Positions 12,418 to 27,287 of a stretch of DNA of 64,000 bases are shown here, in pieces. The stretch's first letter is position 1, and each line of letters begins with the position of its first letter. Origin of the DNA: Podarcis tiliguerta (lineage: Eukaryota). Below the pieces are notes generated by a model. That model was not told the DNA's origin. It saw only the letters and a list, made by a program, of their open reading frames with translations, and did no database searches. Made by a program: the position numbers and the translations under genes. Location: the NCBI GenBank assembly GCA_965153285.1, contig OZ229110.1. One strand, written 5' to 3'.

Positions 12418-15400
12418 CTAATCCAGGGCTTCTACTAAGAGTATCCCACGGTATTAGGTAGGGGTCTTGTTGGTACTGATAAAACAAGAGTCTTCTGGGG
12501 GTGGGGGGAATCCTACTGCTGATGTCAATTAGACCACCTTTATCCAAAATGTATAAGTTACCTTTCTGGATCAGAACCTTTTTCGTTCCTAACCATGACC
12601 AGCCAGATGCTATGGATTGTAATAGTCTGAGGAAGAAGAGGATGGACATCTCATTTTGTTTATGCCACCAACCCCACTCCATTTTCAACCCAGAGGCAGG
12701 ACCCAAGTATGAGGAGGAAAGAAGCACTTTATTGGGGATCAGAGATCCTGCGGACCCCAGCCCAGGTTGCCGGGAAGCTGAAGCTAAATTGTAGATAAGG
12801 CTTGGCAATGTTTGTGCAAGCTGATTTCCCTGTAGCTGTGCACCTACTGTCCAGATCTTTTGGGGTTTTTTCTGGAGCCAATCAAAAGCAGTGCTAGAGC
12901 AAAACAAGTAATATTCTGAACAGCGAGTCATGGCCCCATCCCTTCTTTAGAACCGAATGTGTGCTTGTGCAGTTAAACTAGGAATTATCATTTGAGAGAC
13001 AGAGAGATCTGTGCCCTGTGTGAAATGCGCTCCCAGGGACTCCCAGTCCCAGAATTTCTTGTTTATCAGCAGAAGGAAGGTGCAGCAGAAAGGAAAGACC
13101 AACAGCTATCATGATCAGGGACTACATTGGTCACATTCGCACCGTACAGTTTAGGGACACTAATAATTCCACATTTGAAGTGATATAATTAAGCTTCTTC
13201 ATCATGATTTGGGCTGGGTGGGAATGAGTTTTCATCTAATCCGCCTGCTTGAAAACCTCCCACAAAATACTGACAGTCTGGAGGCAGCCCCTGTTTTCCC
13301 AAAACACAATGCCTCCCCCCAGTGCAATTGTTCTGCAGTACAGTGGGCTAGAAGAAGAAAATTATCTGATGGCCACCATGTGCTCTTTACCCAGAATGCC
13401 ACAGAATGACAAAACACTTAGGGATCGCGATTTAGGAAAATTGCTATGGTGGCTGCCATTGTAGGTGCAGAAACAAAGGTACTCTTGGGCCTCGGCTGGC
13501 ATCATTTGCTGTGATGTGGTGTCTCCAGGTGGAGAGAGAGATGATGGCTTAGGGAGACATAGGAAGCTGCCTTCGACCAGGGCAGGCTATTTGTCCACCC
13601 AGCCTGTCTATGTCTGATAATGACTCAGGGTCTCAGATGGAGGCCCTTCCACCACTACCTGCCCCCGATCCTTTCCAATGGCAATGACAGTGCCTGGACC
13701 TAGGACCTTCTGCATGCAAACCAGGTGTCCTGCCATGGAGCTGCGAGGCCTCCTCTTGATTCAAGCCACCTAAACAAGATCACTGCCTGCATTGAAATTC
13801 AAGCCATGGCCTGCTTGGCTCCAGCTGACACTCCTCACCACACTGCTACGCCACCTCTATTCAACGTGGCCAATACCTTATTGGAGTTTTCAGCCAAAGT
13901 CCCTCTCTGGAGCCTGGTTTTAATTTTTATTTTAAGCCAGCCCTTTGTGTCCTTGCTATGTGCACCTTTCTCCTTCGGCCCCTTTGGCAGCCGTCAACGG
14001 TGTTCTCATTCCACCGCCCTTCGCTCTCTTCCTGCAGCCTTTCCGCACTAACTCCTCATTTGCCAAGGACTCACCTGGTCCTTTTCATCTCTCTCTCTCT
14101 CTTTCTGACTTGGTGCCCAGCCTTTTTGTATCCATGCTGCAGTGCCATCCTTGGGGACAAACCTTGCAAGAACACCTAGTCCTCTGCTCTGCTCTGCCTT
14201 GCCAACCTTCACAGGTGCTGACTTCAGGGCTGATTAGCTTAACAAGGGCAGCAGGGAGGGGTTGGCATGCTGGCACGACTGTCCCCTTCATAATTATGGG
14301 ATTGAGGGCCCACTTCCAGTGCCCCCATACGTGGGACAAGACTGCATCATGGCTCTGCAGGAGCAGAGAAGAAAACGTAGCAGCGAGCAACATTGCTGGT
14401 GAGGCTCAGAGTTTCTGTGCCAGGTGATGATTGATCTCCTGGTACCTTTGCCATTGTCCGACGTAGTTATACTGGGTGGGTGGAGATCCCGCATCTGAGA
14501 TAGTTACTCTTTTAAGGAGGGTGACATGGGGGCCTGAAGTTTTCAGGTGTCAGCACTGGGAGAATATTTTTGGGAGCACAGCATCATAGACAAGTCATTT
14601 GCCTGCCTCAAGAGGCTCTACGGAAATAATAGGTTTGAAACTGGACAGCTGCCAGGCTGTGGACCACAGCCAGCACAATAAACTGTGCAGGTATTTGCCT
14701 GGAAGCAAAGGATCAAAACCACAATGCTTTAACATACCCATATGCACATTTGCAAATCCATACATATCTATGCACTTGTATTTTCTGGCTAGCCATCTTT
14801 ATTTGTTCAAATGTACATGTGAAAACAGGGACAGAATTGCAGAAAGGGGGCCTTAGGTTGCATTAGAAGAGGTGCCAAGTTCTCATTTGGAAAAAAGTGC
14901 CTCTGCCTTTCAGTGTTCTGAGGCACCAAAACAGGATGCAGCTGCAGGGCCTTCTGCCCTTTTCCCTCCGTGATCCACATTGCCTATGCCCTGCTCTTCC
15001 CTTTCTTGATGTGAGGTAGAATTAGGGTTGAAGCAAATGTGGAAGATCTGTGTGACTAGGTTTCTCATGCTTTCCCTTTAAGCAAATGTGTATGTACAGG
15101 GTATGTACACATGCACACATGCATAGTCTCACTGGAGCAGTTTTAATGCTCCCCCTCCCACTGTTTCCCCAGCCTAATGACTCCTCAAAACCCATAATTG
15201 ACTCTACAGGGTAGGGGAGGCACCCAACTGACCAGGGATTGCTGTAGCAGATTTTCTACATTGGCAGGGACCTTTGATGTCCCTGCCAACTCCATGATTC
15301 CATCATACAGGTACTTGCCTTGTTTCCTTCTGTAACAAGGGAGGGGGGGTGAGGTACATATGGGAAATAAGACAAGGGAAGAGCTTAAAGATCCCCACCA

Positions 15401-17565
15401 CTGCGCTGATTGAAAACAGTCCCCCACCTAGCTGTTTTAAAGAGGGTCTGTGTGGAGTGGGAGATCCAATTTCAGATCCTTCTCGCCACAGGTGAGAAGA
15501 TGATCAGTAGGGGAATCCTGTGAGAGGTACCATGGTTGGCACCTGTCTCAAGCATTAAGGCAAGTTTTCTGGTCAAATGGAAGCTGGTTTGAGGAAAAAG
15601 TGCTTTGAGGATTCCTAGGGCTTGTGGCTAAGGTCTTGTAAGTCGGAGTACAATGGAGGCAGAGTAATATTAACATGCTCTCAGAAAGGAGGAGAAGGAG
15701 CTGGATCTTCAGAGAGTTGGGCCAAGACATTTGCTGAAAAGATGAGACAAGGGGCTCACCCACACATTTGCTTGACCTGTATTTTGACTGTATTGTGTAT
15801 TGATCACTTCTCCCAGCTCGGAGCGCGTTTCTCAATGTTCTGAAGCTATGCTTTGTGAAAATCCAATCTTGCCCGCTGAAGTGGATCTTATCAGATGCAT
15901 ATAAAATCTGAAGACTTTGCTTAACTGAGCTTCAGTTCAGCAGCTAAGATAGGATTTTAACAAGGAACAGCTGTGGAAAGATGAGAAAAGCTTTTATACC
16001 TGGGAGAATTGATCAGTACACAAGGTGGTCAATATATGTGTCAAGTGATAGTGTGAATAAGTCAGATCATAAGGGGGTGGGGGTGGGAGAGAGATAAGAG
16101 TACCATATAGTGAATATGAGGCTAGCATGGCTAAGGAGTGAAGTCTATAAGGTGCAAGAAGTCTGCACTCTGCTAAAGAATGGAAAGATTATTTGAAGAC
16201 CAAAAGGGGAGTGACCAATGTCTAATCTGCAATGGGTGGAGCAAAACTAAGTGCCAGTAAAACTACCTGGGCAGCCTATTTATGTTGTCCCCTTCCAGGA
16301 ATATGGTGAGTCCTCAGATCCTTGGCTTTGGGTTCTCCACACCTGCTTGTTCTGAGGCTTTGACATGAATCACTCACCCACTCTCTCTGCAACAAGAGAG
16401 CTGCTAATTGTGAGGAGAAAATTGAGATTTGCAGGTTTTTGAAAAGATAGGTCTATTCCATGGTAGGCATGGTGTGCTTTTCTAAGCAGAGACCCCCTCA
16501 ATTAACACCAGAATAATGAAAACAATGGAATAATCCAGTCTAATTAGTGTTTCGGTCAAAAGTTAGGTGCTGATACAGATCATGATAAAAGTGTTGTAGG
16601 CGCCAGCACAAAATGACTGCCAGAAGCAGGGGGGCGGGGGAGTGGCAGCCTTCACAGAAAAGCATTGAGTTTAATCCAGTGTAGGTCTTGCCTTCTCTAG
16701 TGCAAACTGAGACAGTGGGCCTCTCTATTCAGAAGGTAATGTAGAATGACCATGTGAAAAAGAAAACAGGACAGTGGCACTCTTTAACATTTAACTTGTC
16801 AATCCAGCTACACCTGTTGAAATTCCCTATGCCTATTTAGGGTGCAAGAGCCCCACCGTCTTTTGCATCTGGCCACTCTGGCATCATGTGATGTTGGAAA
16901 ATCCAGTGCTTGCTTTTAAATCCCAGTCTCCTGCTCCCTGATTTCCCCTTATGGATAAACCAAAAGTGTGATTTACAGGGCAATTCTATATATGCGTGTT
17001 CTCAGAAGTAAGTCCCTTTGAGTTCAGTGGTGCTTACTCTTGGTTGGGGAGGTATAGGATTGCAAAATATCTGTAATCGGCTGATTTGAGCTCTGCTTTG
17101 TGGGTAATAGCACCAGCCACACCATCCATTAAGTTACATTCAGTGGACATTTAAAGCACATGACTATTATTATAAATTTATTGTTTAGGCACCTTCTAAA
17201 CAACTTTCTCAAGGTGAAATACACTGAAGATAATTAACAACACAAATAAAGGAAATACATTTAAAGCAAAACTAAAACTTCCACCAAAGAATCCTGGGAA
17301 CTGTAGTTTCGCCCTCAAGGAGCTACAATTCAGCACACCCTTAACAAACTACAGTTCCCAGGATTCTTTGGGGGAAAGCTTTGTTCTTTAAACGTGTATT
17401 GAATGTGCTTTAAATGTGTGGTGTGGCTCTGCCTGAGTTCACCCTGTTCCCTTGCTGACAAATAACCCCCACCAAACTGTCACTAGAGAATTAAAAGAGA
17501 AAATTGGAGGGGTACGAGGTGACAAACTTTCCTTTTCCATCAGAAGGGCCTATCTAACAGAACAG

Positions 17566-17802
17566 TAAAGGTAAAGGGACCCCTGACCATTAGGTCCAGT
17601 CATGACTGACTCTGGGGTTGCGGCGCTCATCTCGCTTTATTGGCCGAGGGAGCCGGCATACAGCTTCCAGGTCATGTGGCCAGCATGACTAAGCCGCTTC
17701 TGGCGAACCAGAGCAGCGCATGGAAACACTGTTTACCTTCCTGCCGGAGCGGTACCTATTTATCTACTTGCACTTCGGCATGCTTTTGAACTGCTAGGTT
17801 GG
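17566..17802 (-). mobile_element. Sauria SINE, 5'-truncated
   Basis: Shares the core (CCTATTTATCTACTTGC...TTTTGAACTGCTAGGTTGGCAG) and ACCTTT tail with the 26.9-kb copy. CAGAACAG direct repeats at 17558 and 17803. Confidence 0.88.
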
Positions 17803-19271
17803 CAGAACAGCAGATCTCAGTAAATGTGTACCCCAATGGGTGTGTGTTTGTGCATGACCAGGATGTAGGGATTGGGTGGGGGAAGAACATGTGTTTATGT
17901 GTGGATATCCTGGCATATGTGCACTGTAATTTTGTGCAAGAGTGAGCAAGTTGTGTGTGCATGTGTTGAAGAAAGGATTAGGTACAATGAAAAAGAGGTG
18001 ATGGGTTTGTTGCCGTTTCTGTTACCAAATTTGTGTGTGAAGATTCCCATATGTAACATCCTCTGCCCTAGAGGCCATGTTTCCTAATCCTAAATGTGTA
18101 TGGGCTTGTTATAATTATTTAATAGTGAAAGATGCCATATATGCTATTTCACATCCCATTGCAGACTGTATTCCAGTGCTGACCCATGCTGGCAGTCTCT
18201 ACATTCTTCTCGGTGAAATATTTTTTTATTTTATTTTAGTACCCAGGACTAGCTGCCTAGACAGGAGATTAGGGTTAGCTCTTCTTTGATCTGCTTTTCC
18301 ATGCTACAAACACAGATAGGCTTCCCACACGCCTTAGATTATCATTGATCCTCTCTGCACCTGCTGTGCTTGATCACTTTTCTTTGTTTCATATGGTCCG
18401 TACTGTTAAATGCCAACTCAACCTCTGAGCAGTAAGAGACTCCAGGAGTTCCAACACTTATCCAGTGTTCAGTTTCCATGGAATGAAGGTCAACTGTGGT
18501 GTTTTTAGGCTATATTGTTTTATTTGCACGTAAGTGCAACCTGAGCATAAGATGGAGGAGCTCACAGCATTCACACTTGCTTCTCAATTAGTTACAGCTC
18601 TGAATCCAACACAGAGCAAAAACATGTCTCTCTCTCTGCCTCTAGCTCCCAGCTCAGCTCTCACACATTTCTCTGGCTTTTGTTCTTTGTTTATGGCACT
18701 TACCGTACCTTGACAAAGGAACTGCTTTGGCAAGCTTGCTCATATACATTCCACCGAATTCCCACACCCAGATCCCAAGATTTGGAAGGAGCCCAGACCG
18801 ATCCCCCAAACTCCTAATAATATGATTCATTATGCGTTTCCAGCATTGTCCCTACTGATATAATCGGCTCAATTTTGCTTTTGTTGACTAACCAGCATCA
18901 GGATGTTTTTCTAGACTGGATGCTCACAAGTGTCAAAACTCCCCTTGTGGAGATCTCTACTAATAACATGCTGACTTTGATTGAAGGTGGGCAGGAGTAT
19001 GTATGGGCAAACTACACTTACGCCCCTGCTGCAGATGTAGCCTCACTTCTAATGCCCCACAGGTGTTGCATGTCATGTTGTGCTGAAACAGTTCACTGTC
19101 CTTCTTCTTCCCCGAGAGAAAGGAAGCTCCAACCACAATTGGGTGGTTTTTAACCTGCTTCACAGGTTTGATGTGAGGATAAAATGGGATAACTCCAAGG
19201 TTTCCTTTCTCTTTCTTTGAAAAAAAGAAATCAAAGATGCACAAGGAAATGAAATAACAAGAGTGATGATA

Positions 19272-19320
19272 GAAAGATAGATAGATAGATGATAGTTAGA
19301 TGATAGATAGATAGATGTAG
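19272..19320. repeat. (AGAT)n microsatellite, imperfect
   Basis: Directly visible. Confidence 0.9.
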
Positions 19321-20649
19321 ACAGACACACGTACACACAAACACACACCCCTTCCCTCTGAGTGTTGTAGACCATAATAAAATCTGCTATTCCCCCCCCC
19401 CTTAGATACCCGCAAATTAAAAACAGCAATTTAAATCCTAAACACTTTGGGGAAAGAGTCTGGGTTACTTAGCCCCAGCATTTTGCATTGTGCCCTGGAT
19501 CTTCTGCCTCTTTTAAAAAGCCAGCGATTCATGTTTTCTCTTTGCTTACAGGGAAGCTGAGTGCACTGTAAAGCACAATGTTGGGGATGCCTGAGCCGAC
19601 AGATAAATTAGCACATGCAAGTGTTAATGCAAACTTGTGTCCTGGGCCTGTGTCCTAAGTCCTGCTTAGGACTGCTGAAATACAAATGCAAATATGTGGC
19701 TAATAAACTAAATAGTTCCAAAGTGATGCAAAGGTTTTGGATCCATCAAGATTCATAGTTCAAAAGGCACAACCTCTTTCCAAACAAGTCACTGACAGAA
19801 CTTCTATTCTACAGATGTGCATGACTGCCAGGAAGCAATTAACATAGCTGGGGAACAGGGTTCGGATAGCCTGCTTATTGCATCCTATTGGACACTGAAT
19901 CCATTTGAGTTCCCACCCTATCAGTTAGGGATCTAAAAGCATGGTTGCACCTCAAGACCAAGATCAGTAAAAAAGCATGTGTTTTACATTATTGCTCTTT
20001 CTCTGCTTTTAAAATGTCTTCATGCCATAGTGCAACCCCCATTTCTCCTCCTCATCAGAAGCACAAGCGGATAAGTGGACTAAAATCCAGCATAAGTGGT
20101 AGTCAAAATGGTCGCCTTGCCCCCCAGATGTGTCAAGCTGAGTGACTTTGGCGCTGTCCAACTGGAAGCACCCCTGGGCCAAGAACAACCCCTCCACACG
20201 CTGCCGGGGGGAGGGGCGGCACGTCCCAAATGCATTGCTAGTCCCAGTTTCTGTGTGACGGCTCTGTCTGTTGCAGCTGTCCAGTCAGTCAGCCTCTCGC
20301 TTGGGGTTTGGTGGCTATTTTTGCGACGGAATGTGCCAGCCCCTCAGATTCTAGCGGTGCAGCCAGAGCTTGTGTTACACACCAGGCAGAGGGCAAGTGC
20401 CAGGCCCACAAGGGGAGTAAATATAGTGCTTACACTAGAACATTGCACTGAACCCTCCTCAGGCATCTAGGCTTTTCTCTGAGTGTTGCCGTCTCATGCC
20501 TGAGAACATGGCCGGCTTCTTCTCTCTCCCCACTCCCACTGGCTCCTGACATGTTTCACCACCTTCAGGGCAAGGAGTGGGGGAAAGATGAGGAAGGGTG
20601 TCTCCACCAAACACACCCAGTGAAGCTGGCAATACTCACCCAGAGCCAG

Positions 20650-20650
20650 A

Positions 20651-20690
<40 letters not shown>
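20650..20690. repeat. (ATT)n microsatellite
   Basis: Directly visible. Confidence 0.95.
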
Positions 20691-20691
<1 letters not shown>

Positions 20692-23600
20692 GTCAACTTT
20701 CACACGAGTCTCAAGCCGACTTACAAACATGCAATAAAAACAATTCAGTGCACTTTGAATGGGATTTCAATCACATGTTGGCAAATCCAGGTTGCACAAT
20801 TCTAGTTGATTGAGAGGCCTTGACCCAGAAATCCGCTTGCCCTAAAGATGACTTTTTCCGTCAGGAAAATTGTGGGGGGAAGCCCTGGAAAGTGTTGTGT
20901 ATCCCTTGTTTTGATGCAGAGTTGCCTAACTTCCCTGCAAACAAATTTTAATGAATGTTTATTAAATGGCCAACATTGGCTAATATGCCTGCAAACAAAT
21001 CAGGATGTATGCTCAATAAACAGGTTGTCTGAAAGTGCCTTTAAAATGGTTTTTAAAACTATGCAAAAAGCATAGATAAGTTTAAAAACAATGCAAAATG
21101 AACACCTTAGACCGAGAACTTTTCATGAAAACGCTGTGCAGTCAATTGACAGGGTAAAATGAAGTTACATCTCTTGAGTTTCTGAATAGGAGAATCTGGA
21201 GAGATTTTGAATAGCAGACAGGGAAAGTGAGAGCTGAATGAGATTCTTGTTATAACTAATTATACTCAGAGCATTTCAGAAGTGCAGCACAGCACTCTGG
21301 GGATAATCTTTCCCATTCTGCTCTCCAACTCCAAGGTTAGAAAGGTTTTGGTGCTTTGCTTCCTGGGAATGGGAAAAAAAAGGCTTCCTCTCTGGCTCAG
21401 AAAAGAAAAATATTGGGGCTTGTAATTCTGGTTCACAAAGCATATTAGAAGCAGAGCAACCAGATGTGGAAGGGGAAGGTGCTCCTGCGCCTTTAGTAGT
21501 TGTGTAGAAGAGGAAAATTCAGCAGCACCCGTCAAGGTGCAGGAGCCCTGTCCTATTTTTCCATCCAGGGCCAGTCCAAGACATTTTGCTGCCTGAGGCA
21601 AAGGAGAAGATGGTTCCAAATGCCCATTCACAGCTGGCTCATAGCAGCCTGGCACTGAATTCTACCTCAGCACTGGTGATGAGAGACCGTCCTTCACTGC
21701 TCCTGAGAGCAACAGGCTAGTTTCTGGGCCGTGGGGTACACCACATGGCATACATACAGCTTAGCCCTCTGGCATCTTGCCATCATTCTCCCCACTCTCT
21801 CAGCATCCACTGCCTGGAATGGCTGCTTTTCTCAGCCTAATGGCAGGGCAGGCACTGCTTCCCACTGGCCACTCTGCTCAGAGGTGGGACTTTCAAATAA
21901 GCCCCAGGACTTGAAAGGGAGGTGGGGATTGTCCAGAGGCCCTCTGAGTACCTCCAGGGAAGAGAACAACTGCTAGGAAAGGAAGCTGCAAATGGTCCCT
22001 TCATCGGAAATTACACTTCAGAAGGGCAGTATGAGGTCAGGGGCAAGACTCCAACCCTGGGAGGAGGAACAAGGTCCTTGCCGCCAGACATTTTGACTAG
22101 GTAACAAAGCAAGTCAAAATTTGCCCACTGGGGTCGCCCCTACAAAGGTAGCAGAAGTGAGTTGGGGGCATTGAATATCACTTCAAGTTGCTCCATGCTT
22201 ATATTCCATATTCAACCAGTGCTGTGATTCTACATAAGTCCAAAAAAGAGAGGAAAAACTACAGAATGTGCAATTGATCGAAAAGCATATTGAGGGCCAC
22301 AGGTTCCCCTTCCCTTTACTAAGGAAAACCTTCCCTCAGCCTTAGGTCAGATGCAACAAAGAAGGACAGGGTCCCTGCGCCTTTAATAATTGTGCAGAAG
22401 AGAGAATTCAGTAGATGTAAGCTTCCACGACAAACCACGGCCACTGAAATTTCATCTTCTATACCACTATTAAAGGTGCAGGAACACTGTATTTCTTTTT
22501 TTGAACAGAGTTTTAGGGATCACGGAAAAGTGGTATGAGGGCAAGGCTTCTTTAAGAGATGGCCTCGAAGTAACAACCAGTAATATATAAGAAATGAAGG
22601 GGTGTGGCTAGCAGTAGAAAACAAGTTGAAAAGATAACTCAGATGCAGTGGTCTTGCAGTACATCAAGGGTGGGGAGCTTTTTCAGTTTGAGGGCCGCAT
22701 TCCTTTCTGAATGACCTTTCAAGGGGCCACATGTCACTGGTGGGCAGGGCCCGAGGCAAAAGTGGGTGGACCAATATTATAATTTTTTTTACCTTTGTAT
22801 AGTAGGCTACTTTCAACACACACTTGCCTGCCCTGCTCTGCCCAAGCAAGTAAGAGTATTTTCAGTCTTCAAAGATGCATGACAGCCAGGCAAAAACACA
22901 CACCAAGGATGTGCCGCAAGGCTGGTGAGGGGTGTGTCTTGTGGAGGGGGTGTATGGCTGGAGAAGGGGCGTGGCCTGGGGAGAGTATCTGTGGCTAGAT
23001 TGCGTAGAAGAGTGAGTGCAATTAGACTTGAGCCTCTATTTAAGCATTGGCAGAGCTTTTCCCCCTTCAGCCGGAACTCTTCAGAACCCAGTTCCGGCAC
23101 CTCTCAGGTGGGCGCCATTGCCCTTATAAGAGAACAAGGGAGGCGCTCATGGTAAGTTCTGGCATCGCATGCTGGTATTCTTCCTTTTAGGGCTAGCTCT
23201 GCCAAGGCCACTCACAGCATTTGAAGACACCGTTCATTGCAGCAAAAGCAGTAAAACAACAGGAAAGTGTTATAGCAGCAAGGGACGGTGCAAGCGCTAA
23301 AGGTCCCCTTCCCTACTGCACCACTTGCTGGGGGGCGGGGTTTGCTTTGCTGTATTGTACCATGATATGGAGCACCAACTCAAAGTAGCTTTGATCCTGA
23401 ATGTATGGAACAGCCAGTACTCAGCTGTTCTTTTTGCAAGTCTCTGGCATTTTGTGTATTATGTTTCACTGATGTTGTCTTGGTGGTTAGTAATGGTTTG
23501 ATGATGGTGTTTTTTTGTTTTATTGCTGATATTAACACAATATGTGAAATGGAGGGCATTTCTATGGTGGTTAAACTGCATCGAGCACAGTCAGTGTAGA

Positions 23601-24245
23601 AAATGGCCTGGATAGTTAAATGCTCCCTAACAAAGAAAAGGAAAAAAATGGCTCTGCACACAGAAAATATGTTTGTTTGTTTGGGAAGCAGGCTATAGGC
23701 TGAACAATTCTCTCCAGTATTTTCCTTCTCAATGTCCAAAAATTGAAGTATTTTAACGGGATGTAGTGAGTTATTAAACATGTGATTTCTCCACTTGCAC
23801 CCTGTATGTTCCTGGAAAAAGAGAGAAAAGATTTACCATTTGATTATGCCGAAATCAAATGTATAAATTGGCCCCAACACAAACCCCATGGCAGTAGTTT
23901 GTGGCAGAGGCTGGCTGAGTATGCTCAGGCAGCAATCGGCGCTCCTGCTGGTTTGATTGAGTGAGAGCACTTAGCTTCACATTCAAAATTAATGAATTTT
24001 TTAAAAGCCTTTAAAAGCCATTCAGAATTTTGTGTGTGTGGCCTCTGGTAGCTTGAACTGTTTTGTAAGTTGCAGGCTTGCAGCTGATGAAATTGGTCTT
24101 GGTTATGGAATAATAGCTGTAGGCCATAATAGATGTAGGCTGGGCACACAGCAAAGAGGACAGGCTGCCTGCACCTTTGTGCATAAAAATCTAGCTGAAA
24201 TTCACTCTTCTGCACAGAAAATATCTTTTATATGCCTGTTGTCTT

Positions 24246-24430
24246 TGTCCATGGAGTTTTCTTGGCAGGGCACTGGAGTGGCTTGCCGGTTCCTGCTCCA
24301 GATGGATCACGTTTGGTCAGAACTCTCCACTATGACCTGTCCATCTTGGGTGGCCCTGCATGGCATAGTTCATAGCTTCTCTGAGTTATTCAAGCCCCTT
24401 CGCCACGGCAAGGCAGTGATCCATGAAGGG
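24246..24430 (-). mobile_element. BovB/RTE LINE fragment
   Basis: ACTGGAGTGGCTTGCC...GTCAGAACTCTCCACTATGACCTGTCCATCTTGGGTGGCCCTGCATGGCATAG resembles the recalled BovB consensus. Confidence 0.7.
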
Positions 24431-26925
24431 GGCACAGTAATTAATGCTGGGGAAATCTTGCCCACTCTTTCGCCTGGCCACCCTGTGAGATGTATTGGTC
24501 TTTAGTGTGTCAAAAGACAATTTGTTTAGAATGTGTAGTCTTATGTGCACTGTGGCTAATCTTCTGGTTCTAGTGTTTTGTGACTGGTTTGCATATTATA
24601 TTAAACCATAGTCTAAAACAAACTATGGTTTTATGGGAATAAGGAGCATGATGGTGCATACTGTTCAGAAGCTCCCACGGAGCTCCTTCCCTGCTGTTAC
24701 TGCTGCAAAGCCATGAATGAAACAGGCCAGAGTCTGCTTTTTTGTGTCATCTGAACCCAGGCTCATGGTTTGTTTCTCTCCAAACAAACCATAAGTGGTA
24801 ACCAAGGTTTGTTCTTCACTTACTGACAGTTGTTTGTTTATGAGAAGCAAACCACGAGCCCAGGTTTGGACGATGTGATGAGCCATATTGTGACTTGTTT
24901 CATTCATGGTGTGGCAGCAGCTGGAGTGGGAAAGTAGCGCCATGGGAACTTCTGAGCATCATGTACCAGCATGCTGCTCCTTCACATTAAAATTATGGTT
25001 CATTTTAAGGTTGCCTCTTGTGCAGGTGTTTGTGGCTGGAGATCATTAGTAAATGATACGTGCTGGTACCAGGGCTGTCCAATTTCCCCACCCCTTGTGA
25101 TTTTTTAACTGCTGCATGAGAGCCAGTAAACCAGCAGGTGAAACTTTTTACCTGAAGGGACTGAGCTTTTACTAGCTGAATTTTCACCTACCTGCAGCTG
25201 CTAAAGCAGGGATGGGGAGTCCCCACAACAGCTGGAGGGCTTCAAGTTCCCACCCCTGTGTTAAAAGCTCAGGAGCTCTGCCAAAAAACACACACACAGA
25301 GGTGAGCATTAGTTGGCACACTCCATCACCTTGTTCTTGTAAAAGCAGCAGGACAGCAGGCTGTTTCTTATAGGCTTGTCTGTTGAACGAAATCTGGTGC
25401 CTTCCGGTATTTTTTGTACTTCTACTGTGCTAATGGCTTTCACCTTTTGTTCAGCTTGCGCATATACATATGTTATGCATGGAGCTTATGCCTTTCTGGG
25501 ACTCTGGCTCACTCCTACGCTTCAGTGTTTGACAGATGCAAATATGTACACTTTCTTTTACATTACGCAAACCATGAATGAAGCAGCAAGCAAGTGGCAT
25601 GAGCAAGTACCTAGGTGGTTCTGGGGATGCTGCATGCGCTGCATGCTGAGGAATTTTGGGTACCTTTTCATAATAACATAACCATTTTTGCATTTTCAAA
25701 GCGGCATTCAGACCTTAACACCATAGGCTGTGATTGGAGTAGGAGGTACATTTCAAGGCACACTGTTCATTGTAGGTACACATTTGGTAAATGCACACTA
25801 GACATTATTTATATATAGTCTTTAAGTGCAGATAGGAAGTATGCAGACACTTTGCTACATGTGAGGCTTGGGACTCAAAGAGACTCTCCCTTAATGATTG
25901 ATGTTGTTATGTCATTTATTGATTTATATACTGCTTATATTCCAAAGTGGCTTCTAAGTGGTTTACAGCTATAAACTCAATACATAATTAAAATGCACAA
26001 TAGCAAAGCCATTGGGGGTATTAAAGCTTCCCCAGTTAAAATATAGAATAAAACAAACAACTGAAAAGCATAACAGTTAAAAAGAGTTAAAACAATAAAG
26101 TCAGGAGCTTGCTGCAGCTCCCCTTCCATGTTATTGTTAAACTGCGGCTGGGAAAATGCCAGGCCAGGCCCGTGTCCCTTGAAGGTCATGGCACTGCAGG
26201 GAGGAGAAGAGGCTGTGCTGTGAATGACACAGCCTATCTTAAGCAACTTAGCCTTGTGGACAGACACCCAGAGAGCTAAACAAGGGGGGTCAGGTTGCAG
26301 TTTACTTGCTCCCTTCTCCCCTCAAGGCTTCCTAGGCACAAATAAAGCTGGTGATGTCATAGTCAGCACCCTGGCCGGATCTTTCTCCCCAAGGTGCAGG
26401 CCTGGGTACAAGGTGGGACAGGCCACAGCCAGTCTGGGGTCCTTGCCATGGCGATGATATCAAAGGAAATCCTGGTGAAGGGAGTGTTCTCCCTCACACT
26501 AGTACTCTCTCTGCATTAGGCCCTTTTAAAATTCCTGTCAGCTTAGAAAATGTCAGCTGCTTCCTTTTTTAGATGAAAAAACCATGTTCCCCAAAATGTG
26601 GAAGGGTGGAGGAAATGAATATCTGCATCCTGTGCACGAATGTGTGAAATATACAGCAAATGTTCCAACTGTTCTTATTTATCAAGAGCAATCTCTGTTT
26701 TCAGGTCCCTGGTAAATCGTTGTCACTATTTTGACTGTTTCTGGAGACTGAGGGATGTTTCCCCCCCCCCCTTAAGAATTGAATAAAGGGGTTTGTGACT
26801 AACAGGTTTATTATGGCACCAGCCTTCATGGATCGGAGCCCACGTTTGACAGCTGTATAAAATATCTACGGGTATAGACGGGGGGTGGGGGAGGTGTCTT
26901 GTGAACAGCACAATCACTGGGGTAA

Positions 26926-27287
26926 AAAGGTAAAGGTAAAGGTACCCCTGCCCGTATGGGCCAGTCTTGACAGACTCTAGGGTTGTGCGCCCATCTCACT
27001 CAAAGAGGCCGGGGGCCAGCGCTGTCCGAAGACACTTCTGGGTCACGTGGCCAGCGTGACATCGCTGCTCTGGCGAGCCAGAGCCGCACACGGAAACGCT
27101 GTTTACCTTCCCGCTAGTAAGCGGTCCCTATTTATCTACTTGCCTCCGGGGGTGCTTTTGAACTGCTAGGTTGGCAGGCGCTGGGACCGAGCAACGGGAG
27201 CGCACCCTGCCGCGGGGATTCGAACCACCGACCTTTCAATCGGCAAGCCCTAGGCACTGAGGCTTTTACCCACAGCGCCACCGCGTC
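26926..27287 (-). mobile_element. Sauria SINE, near full length
   Basis: (ACCTTT)n tail on the minus strand, tRNA-like B box (GGTTCGAATCCC), and flanking direct repeat TGGGGTAA at 26918-26925 and 27290-27297. Confidence 0.9.
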
